A stretch of 64,000 nt of DNA from the NCBI GenBank assembly GCA_002269645.1, contig NIVC01000677.1, positions 310,001 to 374,000 on the forward strand, in the 5' to 3' direction. This document shows, in pieces, positions 12,452-24,792 of this stretch (positions within the stretch are counted from its first letter, which is position 1; each line of letters begins with the position of its first letter). Position numbers and translations under genes: made by a program. The stretch comes from Macrostomum lignano (taxonomy: Eukaryota). A model generated the notes under the pieces. It made no database searches, was not told the DNA's origin, and saw only the letters and a program-made list of their open reading frames with translations.

Positions 12452-13198
12452 TTAGTGCAGCTTCCTGCTAAACAGCAGAGTCACCAGCACTTGTTGATTC
12501 TCTGCCGCCGAGCGGAGCTCCGCTTCGATGCGCGCCACCTCAACTGTCAGGCGGTCCAACTCGGCGCCGAGGTTGGCGGCGGCGCGGGCGCTCGCCAGCC
12601 GGCTGGGGAAATCGGCGACAAGCCCGGCAGCGCTGGTCAGCAGGTCGGCCAGCCGCTGCTCAGATTCGACGCCCAGCTCCAGCCAGCCGCCGCTGCTGTC
12701 CTCTTGGCGACCCGGCGAGAGCGCCGCCGCCACCGCTGGCTGAGCGGCGGTCAGGAGTCGCGCCAGGCTTGTCAGCTCGCGCAGTCGGCTTGTCAGACGG
12801 CGCAGCCGGTCGCGCGACAGCACGGGCAGGTAGGGCGAGCGGACGCTGCGGCGGTGCACCGACCAGGACTCCTGCAGGACCTCGTCGGCCAGGCGGCAGG
12901 CAGCCAGCAGCTGCTCGGCCTCAGCCTCGGCGTTGTCGGCCTCAACCTCCCTGCCAGCAGCGGATGGAGGCGGAGTCTCGCCAAAGGCGGACTCGTAGGC
13001 GGCCAGAATGGCACGGCAGCGGACGGCGGATGGCTGCGCCTCCGACTGCCAAGGATTTGAGCCCGAGCCTCCACCGCCGCTGGACGAGTAGTCTGCACTG
13101 GGATTCGAACCCGCAACGCTAACGCTGCCAAGGACATCGTCGGCGGCTTGAGCGGCGGCAGCGGTGGCGGCTGACGGCGAGGACGAGTCATCAGCCAT
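12452..13198 (-). CDS. Single-exon coiled-coil protein (248 aa), possibly a divergent HAUS2/augmin subunit
   Basis: GC-rich ORF with coding-like composition and AATAAA about 90 nt after the stop. The NPW motif and the pattern L..LL..A..L...(R)...L resemble HAUS2 as recalled; not verified by search. Confidence 0.6.
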   Translation of the reverse strand: MADDSSSPSAATAAAAQAADDVLGSVSVAGSNPSADYSSSGGGGSGSNPWQSEAQPSAVRCRAILAAYESAFGETPPPSAAGREVEADNAEAEAEQLLAACRLADEVLQESWSVHRRSVRSPYLPVLSRDRLRRLTSRLRELTSLARLLTAAQPAVAAALSPGRQEDSSGGWLELGVESEQRLADLLTSAAGLVADFPSRLASARAAANLGAELDRLTVEVARIEAELRSAAENQQVLVTLLFSRKLH

Positions 13199-13329
13199 CA
13201 GGGTGGAGGAGAGCCAGTTGGACCACCGTTTGAACTCCTGCAGTTTCGGCGTTAAAACAGTTTAATCGGGTGGGAAACTTTCTGGGATTATTCCTAGCAA
13301 GCCACCTAGTAGAGACTCGTAGCTTTAAA

Positions 13330-14020
13330 ACTGAGGGGGGGGGCAGATTGAAGGACTGAGAGGGGGCGGAGAGGCAGATTCAAGGACTGAGGGGGTGGGC
13401 GGAGAGGCAGATTCAAGGACTGAGGGGGTGGGCGGAGAGGCAGATTCAAGGACTGAGGGGGTGGGCGGAGAGGCAGATTCAAGGACTGAGGGGGGCGGAG
13501 AGGCAGATTCAAGGACTGAGGGGGTGGGCGGAGAGGCAGATTGAAGGACTGAGAGGGGGGCGGAGAGGCAGATTCAAGGACTGAGAGGGGGGCGGAGAGG
13601 CAGATTCAAGGACTGAGGGGGGCGGAGAGGCAGATTCAAGGACTGAGGGGGTGGGCGGAGAGGCAGATTGAAGGACTGAGAGGGGGGTGGAGAGGCAGAT
13701 TCAAGGACTGAGGGGGGCGGAGAGGCAGATTCAAGGACTGAGAGGGGGCGGAGAGGCAGATTCAAGGACTGAGGGGGGCGGAGAGGCAGATTCAAGGACT
13801 GAGGGGGCGGAGAGGCAGATTCAAGGACTGAGAGGGGGGCGGAGAGGCAGATTCAAGGACTGAGAGGGGGGCGGAGAGGCAGATTCAAGGACTGAGGGGG
13901 GCGGAGAGGCAGATTCAAGTACTGAGGGGGCGGAGAGGCAGATTCAAGGACTGAGGGGGGCGGAGAGGCAGATTTAAGGACTGAGGGGGTGGGCGGAGAG
14001 GCAGATTCAAGGACTGAGAG
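13330..14020. repeat. G-rich 30-33-bp minisatellite
   Basis: GGACTGAGGGGG(T)GGGCGGAGAGGCAGATTCAA units. Confidence 0.95.
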
Positions 14021-14560
14021 AGAGCAAATATGCTGAGATTCTGAGCTCAAACTCAGTGCAAAAATTCACAGTGATGTTAAAAGGAACTAAAAAGTTTTTC
14101 ATAAATAAATTACTAGCTGAATAGCAGTTCAAGCTACTTCAAGTAGAAGTGAATCTATGATTGATGACTGAAGCTAAACCCACTCCAAGACTGCAGTTTA
14201 TTTAGCGTTAGAATAGATCTGTGCCGGCTATACAGACAAGCTAAAATCCCAATGCATGCAGGATCTACACTGGATAAGGTGGTGAAACAAAAAAGGATCG
14301 AAAAAACACGGATTTCCCAAAGTCAAAGCAGGATAGAAAAAATCCAGGACTGTTTCTCTAACAATGAATGACGCTATTAAATTCATATTTTTTATTACGA
14401 ACAAAACCCTGACATTCCGTAACGAAATTAGTAGACAACAAAGAACAACACTTTCGTATAATAATGACATTCGACTGCTTCCCTACAACTCTATATCTAC
14501 ATTGATGAGGGATAACTGAAATTTTGTCTGTTTATTAAAACTGTCACACAGTTGCGTCTC

Positions 14561-15226
14561 TCATTTCCTGTACCACATCTGGGCCCGTTTAATCCGTTTA
14601 ATCTTCTTCTGCAGTTGGAGCACGCCATACAGCAGGGCCTCGGCGGATGGCGGGCAGCCGGGCACGTAGATGTCAACAGGTATGATTCTGTCGCAGCCGC
14701 GCACAACGCTATAAGAATAATGATAATAGCCGCCGCCGTTAGCGCAGCTGCCCATGCTGATCACCCATTTCGGGTCGGGCATCTGGTCGTACACTTTGCG
14801 CAACGCCGGCGCCATCTTGTTAGTGACGGTGCCGGCTACCAGAATGCAGTCGGCCTGTCGGGGCGAGGCGCGGAACACCACGCCGAACCGGTCCATATCG
14901 TAGCGCGGTGCGGCCATGTGCATCATCTCGACTGCGCAGCAGGCCAAACCGAACGTGAGCGGCCAAAGCGAGTTCTTGCGCGACCAGTTCAAGAGATCGT
15001 CTAGGCGGGCCAAGGCGAACTCCTGCTTGCTGGTGGCGCCGCGGAATGGCGAATAGGGCCCGAATTTTTGCGCGTCGTGCGGCACCGGAGCGCCTGACGA
15101 CGAGGCGACGGATTTGTCGCTTTGGTGCCGCTTCGACACGAGCGGAACCGCCATCGAGGCCGGGCCGGACGGCGGGGAGGCGAGGCGAGCGGCTAAGCCG
15201 AGTCTGCTGATGCAGCTTTGCAGCAT
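14561..15226 (-). CDS. NDUFS7: NADH:ubiquinone oxidoreductase PSST subunit (complex I, N2 cluster), intronless CDS, 221 aa
   Basis: [63 protein letters not shown] motifs; targeting-like N-terminus; AATAAA at 14535-14530. Confidence 0.97.
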   Translation of the reverse strand: MLQSCISRLGLAARLASPPSGPASMAVPLVSKRHQSDKSVASSSGAPVPHDAQKFGPYSPFRGATSKQEFALARLDDLLNWSRKNSLWPLTFGLACCAVEMMHMAAPRYDMDRFGVVFRASPRQADCILVAGTVTNKMAPALRKVYDQMPDPKWVISMGSCANGGGYYHYSYSVVRGCDRIIPVDIYVPGCPPSAEALLYGVLQLQKKIKRIKRAQMWYRK

Positions 15227-15288
15227 CAGAAAGAGGAGCGGAACTGTTACATTGCACACACAATTTTGATTCAGTTGAATTGTTTGTA

Positions 15289-15800
15289 AATGGGTCGCTA
15301 ATTGCCTCTGAATGAGTCGCTAATTGCCTCTAAATGAGTCGCTAATTGCCTCTGAATAAGTCGCTAATTGCCTCTGAATGGGTCGCTAATTGCCTCTGAA
15401 TGGGCCGCTAATTATGTCTGAATGAGCTGCTAATTTTGTCTGAATGGGCCGCTAATTTTGTCTGAATGAGTCGCTAATTGCCTCTAAATGAGTCGCTAAT
15501 TGCCTCTGAATAAGTCGCTAATTGCCTCTGAATGGGTCGCTAATTGTGCCTCTGAATGGGTCGCTAATTGTGCCTCTGAATGAGTCGCTAATTGTGCCTC
15601 TGAATGGGTCGCTAATTGTGCCTCTGAATGGGTCGCTAATTGTGCCTCTGAATGGGTCGCTAATTGTGCCTCTGAATGGGTCGCTAATTGCCTCTGAATG
15701 AGTCGCTAATTGCCTCTGAATGGGTCGCTAACTGTGCCTCTGAATGAGTCGCTAACTGTGCTTCTGAATGGGTCGCTAATTTTGTCTGAATGAGCTTCTA
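15289..15800. repeat. 22-24-bp minisatellite
   Basis: GGGTCGCTAATTG(TG)CCTCTGAAT units. Confidence 0.95.
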
Positions 15801-16242
15801 ATTGATACTGGAATGCCGCTAAGGGAATTTAAAATTTAAGTAGCCACAAATCTAGACACAGTAAATTAATAATTGAAATAAACAACACTTACAGACCTGT
15901 TTAGGAACTATCGTAATATTGAATATTGAATATATAATTATAAAAGGATTAATTGATTTTGGTTAGATAAAAACAGTGTTAAAACTTTATAATGGAAGGA
16001 GATATAAACTACGCTATCAAACTGTCATAAATAGAAACGGTACCTGGGGATCACAGGCGCTGGAGTTACAGATGAGACAGCAATAAAAAATGTAAATAAT
16101 GAAGAACAGAAATCATATGGTTCTTGGGTACAAAGCAATTTCCGAGATCCAATTTCGACCAACATTGTATAAAATATTTTGACAAAATAAAGTAAAACTG
16201 ATAACATTAATCGATAGCCGATACAGCCGTCAGGGAATATCC

Positions 16243-17990
<1,748 letters not shown>

Positions 17991-18577
17991 TACACCCGGT
18001 TCTAGCATGACACTCTGGGGAATATTTAGGCCAGTAATTATCGATGCAATATAACAGTAGGTGGCAAAATATTTTGAAGACGATGTATAATTCTGAACAC
18101 AATGCTAAGCTGAAAATACGCTTGTAGTAAACCTTGTATCAGCTGAGTGTAGAAGCTGAGATAAATATTTAACTTCTAGCAGGTTGGCTAGATGTAAGGT
18201 GCTTTACGATTTACAAAGAAGACAAGAGCAAAAATCGGACTTAGCAACCTTATTACGTAAGCGCGCACACTATTTAGATTATTGGAGCAGTAGTAAATTG
18301 CGGTTATGGTCACTTAAAATCGCGCAGACCAATAGAAAATGCTTATTCTTGTAAACAAACAAAATTATGCGACATTAAAAAATCGCGTAATTGAGCACCG
18401 TCTAGAGAATAGCACATTGATAGCAATAGAGATATAAAGAAAGAAATGCCTTAGCTTCAACAACTGCTAATAATTAATAACCCAATCGGGCTTGACCAAC
18501 TAACTTACACTAACAGCACTAGTAATATAAAGGTGGCTGTCAATATACATGTACTATATACAATAATAAGCCAGTTG

Positions 18578-20905
18578 CTACTCAATAGCCTCCTCCTCGA
18601 AGTCCGGACGCCAGGCCCAGGACACGAGCACCTCTGGCGGCTCGTCGACCCCGGCCCCGAGGCGATGGCGAACGGCCAGCACGCGGCCCTCTGGGCGCAC
18701 CGGGCCGACGCTACTAGAGCTGTCGAAACCTTCTGCCAGTTTGAACACCTTGGCCAGCCAACGTCGACGACGTCCTTCAACACCGTCCGGGCCGCCGATG
18801 GGCTCCCAGGGCAGCGCAAACGGATGTCGGAATCGGTCTCCGCTGTTGAGGAACGGCGCGACAACATCTGCGGCAGACTGGACCAGCACGGGCGCCGGCG
18901 GCTGCGGTGATGCAGCGACAACAGCCGCCGAGGCCGCCGCTGAGGTCACGGCTTTTCGCCGGAGCTCCGGCCGACGCTTCGGCGACGGACGAACGCCGGC
19001 CTGATCCTGTCTGGAGGAGCTCAGCACCGATGTCGATCGACGCGGACGCTTTGCCACTGTCGCCATTTCCGCGCTTGACGTCGCTGTCAAAGACGCGTCC
19101 CGATTGTCGTCTTCTTCATCGTCGGATGTTGCCGACACTGAAGGAGGCGGCGAAGACGGTGGCGGCCGCTTCAGTAGTCGCTTAGGCCGCTGCTGCGAGG
19201 CGGCGCCGCTGTCGTGATCGAGCTCGAGCTGAAAGCCGGCGTTGCTGCTTTTCCTGCTTGGCCGGTCGCGAGGATCCAGAGACAGCACCGAGTAGTGACG
19301 AGCCTCCGGCCGATCGTCCGGGCAGTCGTGATCTGTCCGAGTGGCATGCCGGGCACTTTGTACATGCAGTCTTCAGACTATAACCCACGATAAAGACAAA
19401 ACACAGACATCACAGATCTCACTAAACATTCCATACCCCACACATAAACATCCCAAACCCCACACCCAAACATCCCAAACCCCACACCCAAACATCCCAA
19501 ACCCCACACCCAAACATCCCAAACCCCACACCCAAACATCCCAAACCCCACACCCAAACATCCCAAACCCCACACCCAAACATCCCAAACCCCACACCCA
19601 AACATCCTAAACCCCACACCCAAACCCCACACCCAAACATCCCAAACTCACACACTTAAACATCCCAAACCCACGCCTAAACATCCCAGACCCCACACCC
19701 AAACATCCTAGACCCCACACCCAAACATCCTAGACCCCACACCCAAACATCCTAGACCCCACACCCAAACATCCTAGACCCACACCCAGATCCCATACCA
19801 GAGCATTCCAAATCCCACACGCAAACATCGCAGATCTCAACCAAGAAACATCAGTTCATATTTAGGTACCATAGAACAGGCTCAGTTAATTACTGCTCCC
19901 AAATCAAACGAAAAATATCCTACCTAGAGCATCATCATGCACAGGAAACTTCTTGTTGCACACTCCGCACACGCGAATGTTTACGTTGTGCTTCGAGCGC
20001 AAATGTACCTGCATATTGCGCAGATAGCCAACGCAAGTGCCGCAGTGGGCGCATTCGAATACGCCTGGCGTGTGTCTCGCTTGATGCAGCCGAAGCCTGT
20101 AGGCTGTGCTAAATCTTATTGAGCACACTGAACATGTGTGGAGCTCTGCCTCGGTGGAGCCCGATAAACAGGAGGCGGATAATGAAGCGGCAGCGCCATT
20201 GGATTCATTCGTGGCGCCAATTACTTTGTTATTCGCGCCATTTACTTCATTAGTCGCGCTATTTAGTTCATTCGTGGCGCCAATTACATCATTATTGGCG
20301 CCATTCAATTTATTAGTCGCGCCATTTGACTTATTAGTGGCGCCAATTACTTCGCTAGTCGTGCCATTTACTTCATTAGTCGCGCTATTTAGTTCATTAG
20401 TGACGCCATTTAATTCACTTGTCGAGCCATTCGATTTATTAGTGGCGCTATCTGCTTCATTTGATTCATTAGTGGCGCCAATAGCTTCATTAGTGGCGCC
20501 ATTTGATTCATTAGTGGCGCCATTTACTTTAGTACTGGCGCCATTTGCTTCATTAGTGGCACCAGTAGACTGAGTAGTGGCGCAAATAGATTCAGTTTTG
20601 GTGGCAGTTAATAAGGCAGAATTCGAGGGTGACCTAGTGAATTCAGAATTTTTGTTGGCTAGCATCTTAAATAAATTGTTGCAGTGCCTACTCTGCTTGT
20701 TGATGCCCAGGTGCTGCTGGTCGGGATTTTTCTGCCCAATATCAGACTCAGAAGTATCGATTTTCTTCTCAAGCCAAGTCGAAATGGCTTCCATATTCTC
20801 TGAAGACTCAACGTCCACTGATTCCTCATTGGCTGAGGCAGTTTGACAAGCGTCAGTATGCTGCGACATTGAGAAGCTTGTGGCCTTGGAGCGATGCCTT
20901 GTCAT
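18578..20905 (-). CDS. C2H2 zinc-finger protein with a low-complexity linker and a possible chromo-like C-terminus (proposed exons 20905..19924 and 19332..18578)
   Basis: Fingers CSVC..F..AYRLRLHQARH, CAHC...NMQVHLRSKH and CGVCNKKF. Donor G|GTAGGA at 19923 joins in phase 1 to CAG|AT at 19332, completing the third finger as ...ALDHDC and entering the open frame of ORF 18578-19288. The junction is tentative. Confidence 0.6.
19425..19800. repeat. 22-bp C-rich minisatellite (intronic)
   Basis: CCCCACACCCAAACATCCCAAA units. Confidence 0.93.
20195..20550. repeat. Coding 21-bp repeat (TNE[S/V/L]NGA-like heptads)
   Basis: TTCATTAGTGGCGCCATTTGA-like units within the zinc-finger exon. Confidence 0.85.
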
Positions 20906-21125
20906 AGCAATCCTTGTTGCGAGCTATACTACTGATGCACAAGTAGCTGCAATTTTGGCAGTCAATTAAATAAAATAAGAAAAGTGAAGTTTTAACTACT
21001 CTTTGACCCTTTACGAGCGTACAGCTTCTTGAATAATTTCAATAATATTTCTTCATAAAACTGTTCCCACTATGCTATTTAAATTATATCATAAATACTT
21101 TGTCTAAATTAGATCTTATATTGTC

Positions 21126-23270
21126 ATGGACTCCAATCCTAGTCAAGACCTAGTCCCGCGGCTGGGGGTCCATCAATCCCCCAACCCTCCAACATGGAGG
21201 TTGACTCTGCCGCGAAACTCGCGGAAACCCCCACACCTCGCCCAGGTGCATCCACCTCCACCCCCGCTGCAGGGGCGTCTCAAAATGACAGCTTCCAGGT
21301 CGTCACCTGTCGCAGGCGCAATGAGAAAACCTTGGCTGGCCCTGAGCAAAAAAGGCAGTAGCCAGACGAGTGCACCGACCCCTTGCTGGACCCCAAGAGG
21401 CTAAAGGAGGCCAATGCCGGCCGGCACGTACGCCAGAGTGGCGACGGAGCCAAAATGTAAGATCTGCATGAGCGCAGCTAGCGGCACGCTGACTACCACC
21501 CAGATGGAAGCATTGATTGGCATAATTGATGACTTCCTCTGGGAAAACGACACTCAATATCAAAGTCGAGGCGATTCGAAACGCCAATGGCAGCGTTATC
21601 CTAGCCTTCAAGGATGAGGCCCAGCTTGAGCTCGTGCTGGCAAACCTTGTCTCTCTCTCCTGGGACACCTGCGCGACCACTCTCCCACCTATGGTCGTTG
21701 AGCATGCCCGACCACTGCCGCCCTGCAGGCACTACTGAGCCTACTACTACAGCTTGAGAAGCATCGAGGAGATCTGCGCCTGGCTCCTCAGTAAAAACCC
21801 CGACCTACCTCAGGATGGTATCCAGGCCTTCAAGGAGGTTCCAGCGAAAGGCACTCCCAGCAAGACCCTTGACATGGGTTTCTCCATGGAGTGGGAAGAT
21901 GCCCTCAAGAAGGACGATTTTGCTGCCTACATTGGGGCGTGGAAGATCATCTTCCACCTGTTGCCTAGGTGTCATCCAGCCAGCGATCGACGCCAAGGTG
22001 AGTCCGCAAGCTTGGATAGTTCTGAACGAGTAATGTCGTTCCCTACCCCATGCCAAACTAAGAGTGGGGTGCTGAGTGCGAACCATGCTGGCCAGCCTAA
22101 TGATTACACTGCCACCAGCAACAAAATAAATAACCCACCACCGACGAACCAACAAGTTAACCTGCATATTATTCAGATCAACCTGCACACCCTTGCAGCT
22201 TCTAGCAACCTTTCAGGCCCCTTTGCCAACAAGCAAGTTGATATCTACCTTATTCAGGAACTGTATACCCACAAGGGGAAGCTGACCTGCCTGCCGCTAG
22301 GCTATCAGGTTCTGTACCTCTGCGCGAATGACCTTTCAGGGCTATCACCCTCGTCAAAAACGACCTCCCAGTCACTATTATGCCAATTTTTTGTTCAAAA
22401 GGCACGTGTACTTTCTCAGTCTTTGACTTGACCTTCATTTCTGCCTACTTGGACATTCAGGAAGACGTCCCTTCCCCTCCTGCAGGAGCTGGTAGACTTC
22501 TATAACCTTCAGGACCAGAAGCTAATCATTAGCTGCGATACTAATGCCCATAACACTGCCTGGTCTAGTAGTGATACTAATAGGCGCAGTGACTTACTGA
22601 TTGATTTTATTACCTCCTCCTTATTATACATATGTAATAGGGGCAGGGCAGCAAACCTACATTTATTGTTTCTAACTGACGTGAAGTTATTGATCTCACT
22701 CTCACTTCCAACAACGCCCTCAATCAGGTCCACAACTAGCTGGTTAGGGATGAGTTTCTACATACATGCGCAACAGTCGGCCGAGTCGGCCGATCCGGCC
22801 GACCGATTTGGCGGCCAACCAAGGAAGTCGCAAAAATGCCCACCCGAAAAAAACGCAAAGTAGTAGTACTAAGTAGCTGACGAGGCATTTTGACTTAATA
22901 AGACAGTTATAGTTACTCCTGCCGTTTACCCAAAGTTGCGTTAATTTTGCGTTAGGGTTTTTTTTACATGTAAGTCGCATTTTTGGCCAAAAACTACGTC
23001 GCATTTTTGTTAAAACTAAGTCGCATGGCCGACCGAATTTTGGAGGTTGCGCATGTATGAGTTTCTATCACTTTCTGACCACTTGTATATCCAGTACAGC
23101 ATCAGCTCTGTTGGAGCCCACCATGAGAACCAAGACCACCTTAATCTGAAAAAGGCCAACTGGACAATTTTCCGAAGAGACCTGCTAAAACTCCTAACAA
23201 AGTTAATTTACTGGACTCCAGTGAGGATCTCCCTGGCATTGAGCATTGGTGCAACTCACTGGTTGAGATC
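21126..23270 (+). mobile_element. Decayed non-LTR retrotransposon (R1/LOA-like), ORF1 remnant plus APE endonuclease; no RT seen
   Basis: Frameshifted APE motifs IIQINLH, DIYLIQE, SAYL, LIISCDTNAHNTAWSS..TN.R, CNRG, and after the MITE, SDHLYI and NLKKANW. Confidence 0.75.
22761..23059. mobile_element. hAT-type MITE (299 bp) inserted in the LINE
   Basis: 14-bp TIRs CATACATGCGCAAC / GTTGCGCATGTATG and a perfect 8-bp TSD AGTTTCTA (22753-22760; 23060-23067). Confidence 0.88.
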
Positions 23271-23410
23271 CTAAACACCATACGCACAAATGCAGAAAAT
23301 TTCTTAGAAATTAAGATTCTTTAAAAAATTAGCTATTTGTAACTTACATATAACTTACACATTTTATTCTCTTAATAATTCTATTAGTAATTATGTCATA
23401 CTTATTCTGT

Positions 23411-23690
23411 CAGATAATTTATATAAATTGATCAGTGTAGAGAGCAGTACATGTATATTTTTATTCTATCAGTAATTCATCATTTATTCAGATAATTTGT
23501 ACAAATTGATCAGTGCAGATAGCAGTACATGTATATTTGTATTCTGTCAGTAATTCCATCAGTAATTCTACCACTTATTTTGTTAGATAATTTGTTCAAA
23601 TTGATCAGTGCAGACAACAATATATATAGGTTCATTTTACTAGTAATCTATCAGTATAATTCCATCAGTAATTCTGCCACTTATATCATT
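23411..23690. repeat. Degenerate tandem repeat of about 80-105 bp, 3 copies
   Basis: GATAATTT.T..AAATTGATCAGTG.AGA repeated three times. Confidence 0.6.
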
Positions 23691-24792
23691 GGATAATGTT
23701 TTTATATATCTCAGAAAGTCTCGTAGATTGATGCACATTATTCAACAGAATATCCAAGGGAATTATGTAGTAGAATATTGGATAGAAAAAGTCCACATCA
23801 AAAAAGGTCTTTTTTTGTTGCAGTGCCTGCATTTGCCACCCTTTCCCAGCCATAGTCAGGATGATGTACATTACGCTGGAAATTTCGGGCATATGATTGA
23901 AAATTTTACTTTTTTTGGCATACAATTGGTGTAAAAAATGAGGCAAAATATAGACCAAAGGTATATTTGGTGTACCTTTTGGCGTGACACCGTGGCGTAA
24001 ATATACCAAGCAGCGTACGCCAACTCCAACCTTCATGCCAAAGTTAATATTAACAATTGTTGGCATAACGCCATGACCTCAGAATCTAATTATAAAATCA
24101 TAAAAACCATAAAACTCGTAAGATGAAAGTTCATTAACTATTCGTGATTTATAAAAATTTAAAATTCTATGCAAACTAATCGTGCAATTTTCTGAAGAAA
24201 ACTTAAACAAAAAAATTGATTTTTGTTGGCATTATCTGTAAGCCAATTTACTTTAAATGAAAACCACACATTTGTTAAATTTTAATTGTTAAAATTGTTA
24301 CAAAATGTGTAACACGCAAAAAAGGTCATTTTTTGTCGCAAAGCCTAAAAAACCTAGTGTAAGTTCCTAGGACCTTGGCATACATTTTAGTATGAAGTGG
24401 CATAGACTTTTTAGGGGACTTTTTCCGGCATATACCATAACATGATCCTAACTATGGCTTCCCAGTCTATTGGCCAGGATGGAATTCTTGTATTTCTTAA
24501 GTCAAACGGAATTATGCAATTTTTTTATGGCGCACAAAATATTTTTTATTGGTCGCATTTTTTATTTTGGTAACTTAGCACGTCGCAAAATAACGAAATA
24601 ACAAAATAACGAAAGACAATAACAAAAAATGCATTCTAAGAAAATGTAGTGATTTGAATTTTCGTCCAAATACGTATGTTAGAGAATGTTACGAGTTTCT
24701 ACTTTTTATAGAATTTTTTTGAATTTTTAATTTTGTGCCTTATTTAGTTTTTACTTTTTATTCTTTTTTTCTTCGTGATCTTAGCTAGTAGG

